Below, one piece after another: positions 25,447 through 25,466 of a stretch of 25,466 nucleotides of DNA. The notes beneath the pieces were generated by a model that was not told the DNA's origin, searched no databases, and saw only the letters and a program-made list of their open reading frames with translations. The DNA comes from Candidatus Pacearchaeota archaeon (GTDB taxonomy: Archaea; Nanobdellota; Nanobdellia; Pacearchaeales; GW2011-AR1), in the NCBI GenBank assembly GCA_015520065.1, contig WAQV01000059.1, forward strand, positions 1-25,466, read 5' to 3'. Position 1 is the first letter of the stretch. The number at the start of each line of letters is the position of its first letter. Both the position numbers and the translations under genes were made by a program.

Positions 25447-25466
25447 CTGTCTCTTATACACATCCT
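25447..25466 (+). other. Nextera/Tn5 mosaic-end adapter read-through (library artifact)
   Basis: CTGTCTCTTATACACATC matches the first 18 of 19 nt of the adapter CTGTCTCTTATACACATCT, at the very end of the window. Confidence 0.93.

Noticed and set aside
25447-25466. Real IS50/Tn5 transposon end
   Set aside because: It matches the engineered mosaic end, sits at the contig terminus and has no transposase.
1-25466. CRISPR array, rRNA or IS elements
   Set aside because: No regularly spaced direct repeats, rRNA-like GC-rich tract, transposase or terminal inverted repeats were seen; the E/K-rich stretches are coding low-complexity sequence.

Overview
AT-rich archaeal chromosome segment, inferred to be DPANN (most like Pacearchaeota/Woesearchaeota) from TFB, uS2, Dph5, an RPA2-like OB protein, archaeal BRE/TATA promoters, a BHB tRNA intron and KRGQ-type prepilin signal. 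Housekeeping content: rpa2-like, tfb, rps2, dph5, ileS, a TrmB-family regulator, Dus, argS and four minus-strand tRNAs (Val-GAC, Leu-CAA, Glu-TTC and an intron-containing Ile-TAT). There is an AI-2E permease and an ArsR/CBS/Kef-type K+ transport cassette, plus a stand-alone LigD 3'-phosphoesterase. The most interesting locus is a two-gene unit (4999-12842): a 632-aa protein with a class III (type IV pilin-like) signal peptide, followed by a 1974-aa Cys-rich exported protein ending in a lytic transglycosylase (SLT/GH23) domain. That is a peptidoglycan-cleaving fold in an organism with no peptidoglycan, and its codon usage appears to differ from the rest of the gene. Second highlight: a rare tRNA-Ile(UAU). 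No integrase, transposase, CRISPR array or rRNA was seen. The last 20 nt are a Nextera/Tn5 adapter read-through (artifact). All family calls are from motif recognition by eye; no searches were run.
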